A stretch of DNA of 64,000 nt from a bacterium. Lineage in GTDB: Bacteria > Patescibacteriota > Microgenomatia > UBA1406 > GWC2-37-13. Positions 1 to 8,102 of the stretch are shown one piece after another (within the stretch, counting starts at the first letter, position 1; the number at the start of each line of letters is the position of its first letter). The position numbers and the translations under genes are program-made. Below the pieces are notes generated by a model, which searched no databases, was not told where the DNA came from, and saw only the letters and a program-made list of their open reading frames with translations. Location of the stretch: assembly GCA_037138475.1 (NCBI GenBank), contig JBAXII010000008.1:8-64007 (forward strand). Reading direction: 5' to 3'.

Positions 1-77
1 TGTACCGATTTCTGTTACAAATTGTGAAAGTGCTGGTCTAGAGCCTTAGCAAATACCTTGACCCAATTGAGCTGAAG

Positions 78-806
78 TTGATATTGGGCATGGTCATGGG
101 ATTACACACAAAAAAAGTAGCCTTTGACACTCAGATTCAATCTGTTGGACTTACGCACTTATTGGTGCTTTCCGGGTCTAATATCACATTTTTAGTCAGA
201 TTTTTCCAATCCACTCTACCTGTAAAGAGCTTACGAAAAAAAACTTGGTTGTGCATCGCTTACATTGGCTGTATTCCATTCGTGTTTGGGTACGAACCCT
301 CAACGATACGAGCTGTACTAATGGCCATACTGCCATTGGTTTGTATCATTACTCAACGTATCGAATCAATATTACACATAATTATCATTACGTCCCTTGG
401 AATGTTGGTTTATGACCCTACACTTATTACAAACATCTCATACCAACTTTCATTTGCAGCTGTTTTGGGGATATATCTATTTTCATATAACGGCGAAGAA
501 AATGAGGGGTTCATTGGATACGTCAAATCAAGCATAAACACAACGCTTTCTGCACAAGTATTTACAACACCTCTGATTCTCCTCCACTTCAGCACATTCT
601 CTACAGTGTCTCTTCTTGCAAATATACTAGTTGGTTGGAGTGTTCCTCTCATTATGATCATAGGAAGTATCTATATACTAAGCCAACTAACGGGACTGGG
701 TCTGTGTAGTGAAATAAGTGCATATCTGTTACATTTTCTCCTCGGATATTTCAAACTAGTAGTACAACTACTGAGCAAAATCCCATTTGCACAGATTGAC
801 ATATAA
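78..806 (+). CDS. comEC: ComEC/Rec2-like competence-domain integral membrane protein (short form or C-terminal fragment)
   Basis: Polytopic hydrophobic ORF with a ComEC competence-domain-like signature, GLTHLLVLSGSNITFLV. Start is TTG at 78 or ATG at 90. Stops occur in all three forward frames within nt 25-49, so the usual N-terminal part is not fused here. Confidence 0.55.
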   Translation: MILGMVMGLHTKKVAFDTQIQSVGLTHLLVLSGSNITFLVRFFQSTLPVKSLRKKTWLCIAYIGCIPFVFGYEPSTIRAVLMAILPLVCIITQRIESILHIIIITSLGMLVYDPTLITNISYQLSFAAVLGIYLFSYNGEENEGFIGYVKSSINTTLSAQVFTTPLILLHFSTFSTVSLLANILVGWSVPLIMIIGSIYILSQLTGLGLCSEISAYLLHFLLGYFKLVVQLLSKIPFAQIDI

Positions 807-1200
807 CAATCAAAGAATACTATATCCAGACTAAAATAAGTATTAAAATAGAAAAAATATAAGCACAAAGTACGATTAGGATTGGTATAGCAATATAAAA
901 TAGGATGTGATTATGCTATCATACAACTAGTATTACTGCTAGCTCACCCACAAAAGTAGCTCGAACAAGGTGGAAAGTGGATCAATTAGGATAGTAAAAT
1001 CCAAGACAAAAGAGCACGCGATAGAGTGAAAAGGACTACATATACAATAAATTGTAACTAATTAATTAATGAGAGTTTACAACTCATATGAGGATCATAT
1101 AATTCAGCATGTACAATCACTCGAGGCTTATTATAGCCTTATGAATATGTAACAATGTAAAGTTATTCGGATTAATGCACAGATCCATGAGATTGAAATT

Positions 1201-2211
1201 ATGGTTCTGCTCCCTCTCACTAGTAATATTCTAATGCCCTTGATTAATTTTAGTTTTTTCACTAGTATTGCATGTATGGATCTTGCTATTATTTCTGAAC
1301 ACGAAGCTCTCTATAGAGAACATTTGCGTCTTGGATCATTTGCGCCTAATTCAATTCGTATTATCCTCTCAGACATCAAGTACTTCATCAAATGGTTGAA
1401 TGCACACAACTCTGGTACAACTCTCTCCCTTGATCAGATTGATTTTGTGATTTCGAAGTTTTCAGAACATATTCGGTCTGACCATAATGACATGCCCAAC
1501 CAGAAGAGAAGAGAGACAGCAGTCCTGAATTATTTCAATTGGTTAGGTGACCAACTCGGAACTGATATACAGCGACATGGTTTAAGAGCAAGAGACAGAT
1601 TGCCAGAACATACTGAATCAAATCACATGCCGGATCCGAACACACTCTCATTATATGATTCTTTACTAATGAAGAAGTATATGTACCTTGTTTTGTTCCT
1701 TGCCTTTTCTTTTATTACCCTTTTCTTGTATTTATTCTCAAAATCATTCGATTATTCTGCTTATTCGAGGAAGAGTTTTGTCAGTGATTACTTTGTAGTT
1801 AATTTTAACACTCAGATTGTCAAATCATACTTTATGGACTCTCAAGAACAAGTTATCGTGTTAAAATCATCTCCAGATCCAGGTTTTGCAGAAATCAAAT
1901 CTATGTGTACTTTTAGATTTACTGTAGAGGATTTACTATACTCAACTTTGTCTGTTCCCTTTTCTTCATGTAGTCCAAAAGTTGATAGTTTTCACGGTTT
2001 TCTGAGGATTGAGCTTAATAATGTACCAATTCAAGATTTTGAAATTAGTGGATTAGCAGCTGTATCTATTTCTACTGACACTTTGGACCGTTACAAAGCT
2101 ATTCAATCTCCTGTTTCTGATGTAAGCAATACAGATAGTGAATTGCTAAAATCGTCTTTTTTTGATGAAATTCCTTTGGTTTCGCCTTCTTCTACCCCTT
2201 CTTCCCTTTAA
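1201..2211 (+). CDS. Hypothetical protein with an N-terminal tyrosine-recombinase core-binding (SAM-like) domain, a central TM helix, and no catalytic domain
   Basis: EALYREHLRLGSFAPNSIRIILSDIKYFIKWL resembles the XerD/integrase N-terminal SAM-like helix pattern. Hydrophobic stretch YMYLVLFLAFSFITLFLYLF. Start is ambiguous (1201 or ATG 1276). AT-rich codon usage. Confidence 0.4.
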   Translation: MVLLPLTSNILMPLINFSFFTSIACMDLAIISEHEALYREHLRLGSFAPNSIRIILSDIKYFIKWLNAHNSGTTLSLDQIDFVISKFSEHIRSDHNDMPNQKRRETAVLNYFNWLGDQLGTDIQRHGLRARDRLPEHTESNHMPDPNTLSLYDSLLMKKYMYLVLFLAFSFITLFLYLFSKSFDYSAYSRKSFVSDYFVVNFNTQIVKSYFMDSQEQVIVLKSSPDPGFAEIKSMCTFRFTVEDLLYSTLSVPFSSCSPKVDSFHGFLRIELNNVPIQDFEISGLAAVSISTDTLDRYKAIQSPVSDVSNTDSELLKSSFFDEIPLVSPSSTPSSL

Positions 2212-2508
2212 ATTCGATGGATTTTTACAATTTTGATATAGTATCCTTTACTATGTCATTATTTACTGATATATGCCCTTTGTTTCCTTTCGAGCTAGTT
2301 TTCAGTACTGGTGATCTCTTGCAGCTATTTTTTCAGCTAAATTATTTAGTCGTTTAGGCTGTACACCAACCCTTTATTTTCTAATTGTATATATTCCTTG
2401 CACGACTTGCCATATCACATAAGTCTATTGGCCTTGCCAGCATAATTTTGCTGTCCTTTAATTATACTGGAATTATCACAATCATCATCTCATTGCTAGA
2501 TGTCGAGC

Positions 2509-3036
2509 TTATTTTATTAGTCTACCGTGAGGCTGCAATCGCTCATTGCCTAGTACTTTTACTAGTGAGATCATTATTTGTAGTATTTCGTCAATCATTC
2601 CCTTTGATTCAGCTAGGGTTACCTTCTTATCATTGTGTGGAAAGTAATGGAATATCTCGTTTCTACACTTTTTCCATACACTCCATACTTCTGTTGCGAG
2701 ATCTTGTGAGTATCGTTCAGATATGAGCTGATATATGGTTTTTCTTCCGCTTGTGGGGTAATACTCTGGAGAAAGCAATTTGCCAAGTCTAAGGTGGTTT
2801 GATTCGTACTCCTTTTCATTTAAAAATCCAATATCGTAGAATATCTTCTTTAAAAATCCCTCAAGACACTTGGCAAATGGAAAAACGATAAATGAGTAGT
2901 CACTAAATGCATACTTGCCATCGGCAAAGACTTCCTGATATAGATATCCTCCTTCGCGTATCAAATCCTTTTGATTGGAAGAAAGGTAATCCCAGTATGA
3001 TTGCGCAGAGTGATCAATCCCGCTGTATTGGCTCAT
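2509..3036 (-). CDS. HEPN-like domain protein (R-N-x-x-x-H motif)
   Basis: 175-aa ORF starting 8 nt downstream of the rplA stop. Motif WKKCRNEIFHYF matches the HEPN Rx4-6H signature (RNxxxHxY as in HepT-type toxins). The rest looks helical. It is not L10. Confidence 0.45.
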   Translation of the reverse strand: MSQYSGIDHSAQSYWDYLSSNQKDLIREGGYLYQEVFADGKYAFSDYSFIVFPFAKCLEGFLKKIFYDIGFLNEKEYESNHLRLGKLLSPEYYPTSGRKTIYQLISERYSQDLATEVWSVWKKCRNEIFHYFPHNDKKVTLAESKGMIDEILQIMISLVKVLGNERLQPHGRLIK

Positions 3037-3043
3037 CTATTAG

Positions 3044-3793
3044 TTATACCACAATCTTGAGTGATGGTGACATAGTCGTGCAGATATACGCTGACTTGAC
3101 TGACTGTGCTGGAAATGAACGAAGAACAGCCTCAATATTTGCGATAAGTTCTGAGTCGGGGTTTGATTTTTTACCAATGAGCACATGGACGATAGGGGTT
3201 TTGCTTTCAGTCTTGTATCTCAATGTATTACCGGTGAACTTCGCTATGAGCTCTTGTGGGTTCGCTCCAATGGTGCCAGCCTTTGGGCTAGGCATAAGTC
3301 CTCTTGGTCCAAGGAGTTTGGCAAATTTGGTCAATTTTGGCATCATTACAGGTGAAGTAACCAAAACGTCAAATTCAATGATTCCTTTTTCTAGTTTTTC
3401 AATCAATGAATCGTCTGCAACAGCAACCTTTACCTGCTTTCCGTTTGAAAATGGAAGTGATGCCTCTCCTTTTACTCCTACCTCACTTGTGTTGATGTGA
3501 AGCTCAAAAGATTCGTCAAATTTTACAAACGAGGCCAATTTTAGCTGTTTCACTGCTTCAGACAGAGGGAGGAGGATCTTTTTGAATTCCTTGAGCTTCT
3601 TGGCTGCGTTTGTGTAGTTTTTACCAATTTTGCGAACCTTCTTGGGTTTTTTTGACGCTTTTACGGTTGGATTCGCTGCTGCGGGAGCTTCTGCTTTTGC
3701 AGTATCTAGAGCTTTCACTTCTTCGGGGTCAATTCGTCCCGCTACTTCATTTTCTGCGATTTGTGCTGGTGTTAGTTTTGCTTTGGTCGACAT
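3044..3793 (-). CDS. rplA: 50S ribosomal protein L1 with a ~55-aa Lys/Ala-rich N-terminal extension
   Basis: The L1 core is recognisable from IGKNYTNAAKKL onward (..GPRGLMPSPKAGT..). Conserved position after rplK. Confidence 0.9.
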   Translation of the reverse strand: MSTKAKLTPAQIAENEVAGRIDPEEVKALDTAKAEAPAAANPTVKASKKPKKVRKIGKNYTNAAKKLKEFKKILLPLSEAVKQLKLASFVKFDESFELHINTSEVGVKGEASLPFSNGKQVKVAVADDSLIEKLEKGIIEFDVLVTSPVMMPKLTKFAKLLGPRGLMPSPKAGTIGANPQELIAKFTGNTLRYKTESKTPIVHVLIGKKSNPDSELIANIEAVLRSFPAQSVKSAYICTTMSPSLKIVV

Positions 3794-3828
3794 ACGAGTG
3801 TGTATAAGAATTAAAATTGAATCACTGA

Positions 3829-4251
3829 TTAAACTACATCAATGCCCATGCTTCGGGCAGTGCCCGCAACGATCTTTGAGGCTGCGTCGATATCGGCAGT
3901 GTTTAGATCTGCCAACTTTTCTTTTGCTATCTGCTGCACTTGGGCCATGGTCATCTTGCCAACTTTTTCAGTGTTAGGCTTTCCAGAGCCTGATTTTAAA
4001 GAAAGCATCTTCTTGATCATCGCTGCTACTGGAGGGAGCTTGGTGATGAATGTAAATGATCTGTCATCAAACACAGAAATCACCGCAGGAATGATGTTTC
4101 CTTTTAATTTCGCTGTTCTCGCGTTGTATTCTTTGATGAACTCCATGATGGGAACACCGTGTCCTCCCAATGCAGGTCCAACAGGAGGTGCAGGAGTTGC
4201 TTCTCCCGCAGGAAGATTGAGTTTGATGAGTGTCTTTAGCTTTTTTGCCAT
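3829..4251 (-). CDS. rplK: 50S ribosomal protein L11
   Basis: [33 protein letters not shown] is the canonical L11 N-terminus. 140 aa. Confidence 0.95.
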   Translation of the reverse strand: MAKKLKTLIKLNLPAGEATPAPPVGPALGGHGVPIMEFIKEYNARTAKLKGNIIPAVISVFDDRSFTFITKLPPVAAMIKKMLSLKSGSGKPNTEKVGKMTMAQVQQIAKEKLADLNTADIDAASKIVAGTARSMGIDVV

Positions 4252-4269
4252 AGGTATTTGTGGTAAGTA

Positions 4270-4851
4270 TTAGATTTTGTTTACTTGAAGTAGGTCTAAT
4301 TCTAAGGGGGTCTCTCTATCGAATATAGACACAAGAACTGTCAATTTACCAGCATCTTCATTGATCGATTGTACTGAACCAAGGAAATCAGAAAAGGGTC
4401 CATCGATGATCTTAACAGCCTCGCCCAGACTAAAGTTTGCCTTAAACTTTGGCTGCTCCTGGGACACGAACTTCATGATCGCTTCAACTTCCTTTTGGGA
4501 GATCGGGGTAGGTTTCTGCCCTACTCCAATAAATCCTGTCACTCCTTCAGTGGTTCGGACAACAAGCCACGTTTGATCATCGAGTGACATCTGTACGAGA
4601 ATATATCCAGGAAAAACTCGCTCGAGTTGTTTGGACTTTTTGCCTCTTTTTACTACCATGGTCTCACGAGTAGGCACGATGACATTAAAGATCTTGTCTC
4701 CTACTCCGAGCGACTCCACTCTCTGTTGGAGGTTTTTTTTGACACGCTCTTCATGCCCAGTTTGGGTATGGATGACATACCAACGAGCAGTGCTAGGAAC
4801 AAGCTCTGTGTTTGTGCTGTTTGCTTTGACGTCGACCATAGCGATATTCAA
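4270..4851 (-). CDS. nusG: Transcription termination/antitermination factor NusG
   Basis: NGN plus KOW architecture (WYVIHTQTGHEERVKKNL ... GEAVKIIDGPFSDFLGSV). Synteny secE-nusG-rplK. Confidence 0.9.
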   Translation of the reverse strand: MNIAMVDVKANSTNTELVPSTARWYVIHTQTGHEERVKKNLQQRVESLGVGDKIFNVIVPTRETMVVKRGKKSKQLERVFPGYILVQMSLDDQTWLVVRTTEGVTGFIGVGQKPTPISQKEVEAIMKFVSQEQPKFKANFSLGEAVKIIDGPFSDFLGSVQSINEDAGKLTVLVSIFDRETPLELDLLQVNKI

Positions 4852-4852
4852 A

Positions 4853-5050
4853 TTACTTTGTTAAAAAACCCAATATTCGTGTAAGTCCCAGATCAAGTAT
4901 ACCTACGTATAAACCTACAAAGAGACTTACAGCCACAACAACGAGTGTAAGGCGTATAGTCTCTTGTCTTGTTGGCCAGGAAACCTTTTGGATTTCATCA
5001 AAAAACTGTCTGCCAGTGGACAACTTGAGCGCATTAAACGAGGGTTGCAT
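4853..5050 (-). CDS. secE: Preprotein translocase subunit SecE
   Basis: 65 aa with a single C-terminal TM helix. FFDEIQKVSWPTRQET motif. Immediately upstream of nusG. Confidence 0.8.
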   Translation of the reverse strand: MQPSFNALKLSTGRQFFDEIQKVSWPTRQETIRLTLVVVAVSLFVGLYVGILDLGLTRILGFLTK

Positions 5051-5107
5051 CGCGATATTGTATCACAAACAACGATATTTCCAATAGATTCCTCTCGGTG
5101 AGAGTAG

Positions 5108-5665
5108 TTAGTCAAATCGAACGGTGACTGGGTCTGATTCATGGACTCCTTCCTTGAGTGAGCCATACGTCTCCTCTACTGTTATCTTGAGCTGGTTTGG
5201 AAGAAGCTGTAAACCAACAGCTACTGGCTTCCTAGAGAGCTTGTGTTTGGACATCGCCTGACATCTCAGTCTGCCTTGTTCACATACACTGATACCTGTG
5301 CCATTTCCAGAACTAAGTGCAATGGTAAGTGGTTTATCAGGATCAACCAGCAGATCAGTCTTCTCGAGGTGTGCACTCGTGCTCGCATAAGATGATACGA
5401 GATAGAATCCAGCTTTCATAAAATCGGTCGTTTGCCGCTCGTCTAGAAGGGTTTGTGGCACCTTGTTCGCTTCGTTATTTGAACCAAACTGGAGAGTAAC
5501 ACTTTCGATTAGGTTTTGGACTTGACCCACAGGTGGGGCGTACCGTTGACGAGATGCATTTCTGCCTAAATATACTGTAGCTCCCACATTGACTAACAGG
5601 AGAATAACTATTAAAGTACCAATGATGGGTATGATTCGAGGGATGTGATAGGTGGGACTGTTCAT
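5108..5665 (-). CDS. Hypothetical membrane-anchored protein
   Basis: N-terminal TM helix IIPIIGTLIVILLLVNVGATVY. No recognisable domain. Abuts the upstream M23 peptidase gene. Confidence 0.5.
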   Translation of the reverse strand: MNSPTYHIPRIIPIIGTLIVILLLVNVGATVYLGRNASRQRYAPPVGQVQNLIESVTLQFGSNNEANKVPQTLLDERQTTDFMKAGFYLVSSYASTSAHLEKTDLLVDPDKPLTIALSSGNGTGISVCEQGRLRCQAMSKHKLSRKPVAVGLQLLPNQLKITVEETYGSLKEGVHESDPVTVRFD

Positions 5666-5667
5666 GG

Positions 5668-6741
5668 CTATTTTAGGAAGTTTTGAGGGTTCAATAGTGT
5701 GCTTCCTTGGCGAATCTCAAAATGCAAATGAGTTCCCGTAGATCGGCCCGTTGATCCCATTTGGCCTATCTGTTGACCTTGTGAGACAGTATTTCCTTGC
5801 TCTACATCTCTTCTTGAAAGATGTCCATACAATGACCTGTATCCATTATTGTGATCTATGATGATGTGACACCCATATCCCCATGAGAAGCATCCTGAAA
5901 ATATAACCGTGCCTGAGTCAGCGGCAATCACAGGTGGATTGGAACCATTGGCTATGTCAAGCGCCATGTGATATGAAGCAGGATACTGAGTGATGATGCC
6001 GTTGGTTGGCCAAATAAAGCTTGAGGATCCCTGCAACCCTGCCACCACCTGGGCAAATTCATATGACTCTTTGATCACTGGAGCTTTTGGTTCGATTATA
6101 CTCCCCCCCGGTATCATGAGCTCGGTGCCAGCAATCAGGGTGAATGACTCGTCTTTGAACTCGTTAAAGGGAAAGTTGACTATGTTTTGAGCATTGATCT
6201 GATACTTCTTTGCAAGTACGTAAATATTGTCACCCGCCACAACTGTGTGGACCACTCCAGTGACTGGTGCGATACGGAGGCGCGTCCCCGGAGTGGGTGG
6301 ATCAGAGGTACCAGGGTTTGCCCAAGAGATAGATTTTTCGCTAATACCAAATTTCTCTGCTATGGACTTGATCGTGTCACCTTTGACCGAAAAGTAGATA
6401 GTCACTTTGTCACGGGCCGAATTTGCACGCAGAGTGTTGACTGATATCTCCTCATCACTGAGGGCAATTTCGTTTTGACTTGAAGATTGAAAGTTTGATT
6501 CGTCAGTCAGAGTACCCTGCGTGAGCTGGTAGTTTTCAGCAATAACTGGTGCACTAATAAGCACGAATGAGAGTAAAAAAAGGAAGGAGGTGTTTATAAA
6601 ATGTGACGAATATTTGCCCCTATTGTTCAAAAGGAATGAGGTAATAGCTTTCTTTGCTATCACGAGGCCACTCAGAATATACTCTCCGCGGGAGAGTATA
6701 TAACCTCGAAGAAATAGGAGAAAATCAGACTGTGACGACAT
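5668..6741 (-). CDS. LysM-repeat M23 family metallopeptidase
   Basis: Two LysM-like repeats (GDTIKSIAEKFGISEKSISWANP and GDNIYVLAKKYQINAQNIVNFP). M23 motifs HMALD and GSTGRSTGTHLHFEI. Confidence 0.85.
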   Translation of the reverse strand: MSSQSDFLLFLRGYILSRGEYILSGLVIAKKAITSFLLNNRGKYSSHFINTSFLFLLSFVLISAPVIAENYQLTQGTLTDESNFQSSSQNEIALSDEEISVNTLRANSARDKVTIYFSVKGDTIKSIAEKFGISEKSISWANPGTSDPPTPGTRLRIAPVTGVVHTVVAGDNIYVLAKKYQINAQNIVNFPFNEFKDESFTLIAGTELMIPGGSIIEPKAPVIKESYEFAQVVAGLQGSSSFIWPTNGIITQYPASYHMALDIANGSNPPVIAADSGTVIFSGCFSWGYGCHIIIDHNNGYRSLYGHLSRRDVEQGNTVSQGQQIGQMGSTGRSTGTHLHFEIRQGSTLLNPQNFLK

Positions 6742-6773
6742 GCTAAGAAGTAAATTTATACTAGAACGGTCGT

Positions 6774-7799
6774 TTAGTGTTGTAGGTATCGCTCAATATC
6801 CAGTGATGCAGCCACGCCCATACCCGCTGCAGTTGCTGCCTGACGATACCATCTATCAACACAATCCCCTGCACTAAAAATGAACTCGTTGGTGGTTTGG
6901 GAAAAGGGTGATGGTTTTGTACGCAATGACTCAAGTTCTGTAGGGGTCAAATCCATGGAGCCTTGCAAATACTGCTGCGCGATAGACTGCATAGTGAGGA
7001 TATACCCAGCCGCATCTCTCTTCACCAAATCAGCGAACAAGTCAGTGTCAGGCTTGTGCCCTATGGCCACAAAAAGGCCCTGAGTGGGAATGTCTTTTAG
7101 TATGGGTTCTGGTGAGGAGGGATGGCTCTGCTTCACACGAATCCCTTCAACTTTTTGGTCGCCGAGGACTTCGACTATTTGTGAATTCAGAACTACCTCA
7201 ATTTTTTCATTTGCAAAAAGTCGCGTTTGCATGATCTTACTCGCTCGCAAGGTATCACGACGATGTACAAGGTATACCTTGGATGCATATTTTGTCAGGT
7301 GCATTGCTTCTTCGATAGCGGTATCTCCACCTCCTGCAACAACCACAGTTTTGTTTCTGAAAAAGAACCCGTCACACGTGGCACAGGCACTCACTCCTTT
7401 TCCACGCAGACGTGCCTCATTTGGTATATCGAGCCATAATGCTTTTGCACCTGTTGCGATGAGGAGAGTCGCAGAGGTGACGCTTTTGTATTCGCCCTCA
7501 TGCTCAGTCTCCAAGTAGACGACACTATCCTTTGTGGTGACTTTCGTGACGTTTGAATCTATGATCGTTGCTCCAAATGACTCAGCCTGAGTACGCATGG
7601 TAGTAATGAGCTCAGGACCTAATTTTGAGGGAACGCCAGGATAGTTCTCAACCTCGGAAGTGAGGGTAAGCTGACCACCCGGAGGTGAGCCCGCAAACAC
7701 CAGTGGTGTCAGTTGAGCACGCGCAAGGTAAATGGCTGCTGCAAGACCCGCAGGTCCTCCGCCGATGATAACTACGTTCTGTGTGCGGGTGGATGACAT
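6774..7799 (-). CDS. trxB: Thioredoxin-disulfide reductase
   Basis: GGGPAG FAD motif, CATCDG redox centre, HRRDTLRA NADPH motif, and C-terminal GDCVD..YRQA. Confidence 0.9.
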   Translation of the reverse strand: MSSTRTQNVVIIGGGPAGLAAAIYLARAQLTPLVFAGSPPGGQLTLTSEVENYPGVPSKLGPELITTMRTQAESFGATIIDSNVTKVTTKDSVVYLETEHEGEYKSVTSATLLIATGAKALWLDIPNEARLRGKGVSACATCDGFFFRNKTVVVAGGGDTAIEEAMHLTKYASKVYLVHRRDTLRASKIMQTRLFANEKIEVVLNSQIVEVLGDQKVEGIRVKQSHPSSPEPILKDIPTQGLFVAIGHKPDTDLFADLVKRDAAGYILTMQSIAQQYLQGSMDLTPTELESLRTKPSPFSQTTNEFIFSAGDCVDRWYRQAATAAGMGVAASLDIERYLQH

Positions 7800-7811
7800 A
7801 AGAGGAGAGGA

Positions 7812-8075
7812 TTAGAGCGATATCGCACGGTGAACCATTTCTAATATTTCCTTTTGTTTGATAGGAGGGATGTATACGATGATATCCTTCATCACCACTT
7901 CTTCGGTGAGGCTATCTATGGCATGTTTCACCGCAGAGACTTGTTGGATGATCTCATTGCAGTCACGGCCTGCATCAGACATTTTTTGAATGCCTTTGAG
8001 CTGACCGATGATGCGGTTTATACGCTTTGATATCTGGTCTCCGGAGATGGTGATTGGACGAGGTTGTGTGACCAT
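7812..8075 (-). CDS. CsoR/RcnR/FrmR-family metal- or stress-sensing transcriptional repressor (DUF156)
   Basis: 87 aa. RINRIIGQLKGIQKM...RDCNEIIQQVSAVKHAIDSL is typical of the family. Confidence 0.75.
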   Translation of the reverse strand: MVTQPRPITISGDQISKRINRIIGQLKGIQKMSDAGRDCNEIIQQVSAVKHAIDSLTEEVVMKDIIVYIPPIKQKEILEMVHRAISL

Positions 8076-8102
8076 AGTTGATATACCTCGTATATCATAC
8101 CA

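Noticed and set aside
2509-3036. Expectation that the gene after rplA is rplJ (L10), given similar length
   Set aside because: The sequence has no L10 features (no L7/L12-binding helix pattern). It carries an RNxxxH motif instead.
3842-4273. Long antisense ORFs opposite rplK (also 2907-3500 opposite rplA, 25443-26255 opposite the M20 peptidase, 22435-23016 opposite eno, 8008-8367 opposite rho)
   Set aside because: These are shadow ORFs on the opposite strand of genes with unambiguous conserved products. Their translations are low-complexity or motif-free.
6900-7010. ~22-aa insertion in TrxB before the C-terminal FAD motif, and the longish DnaA domain III-IV linker (about 63330-63450)
   Set aside because: Both fall in loops or linkers known to vary in length between lineages. 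Catalytic motifs are intact, so neither is distinctive enough to report.
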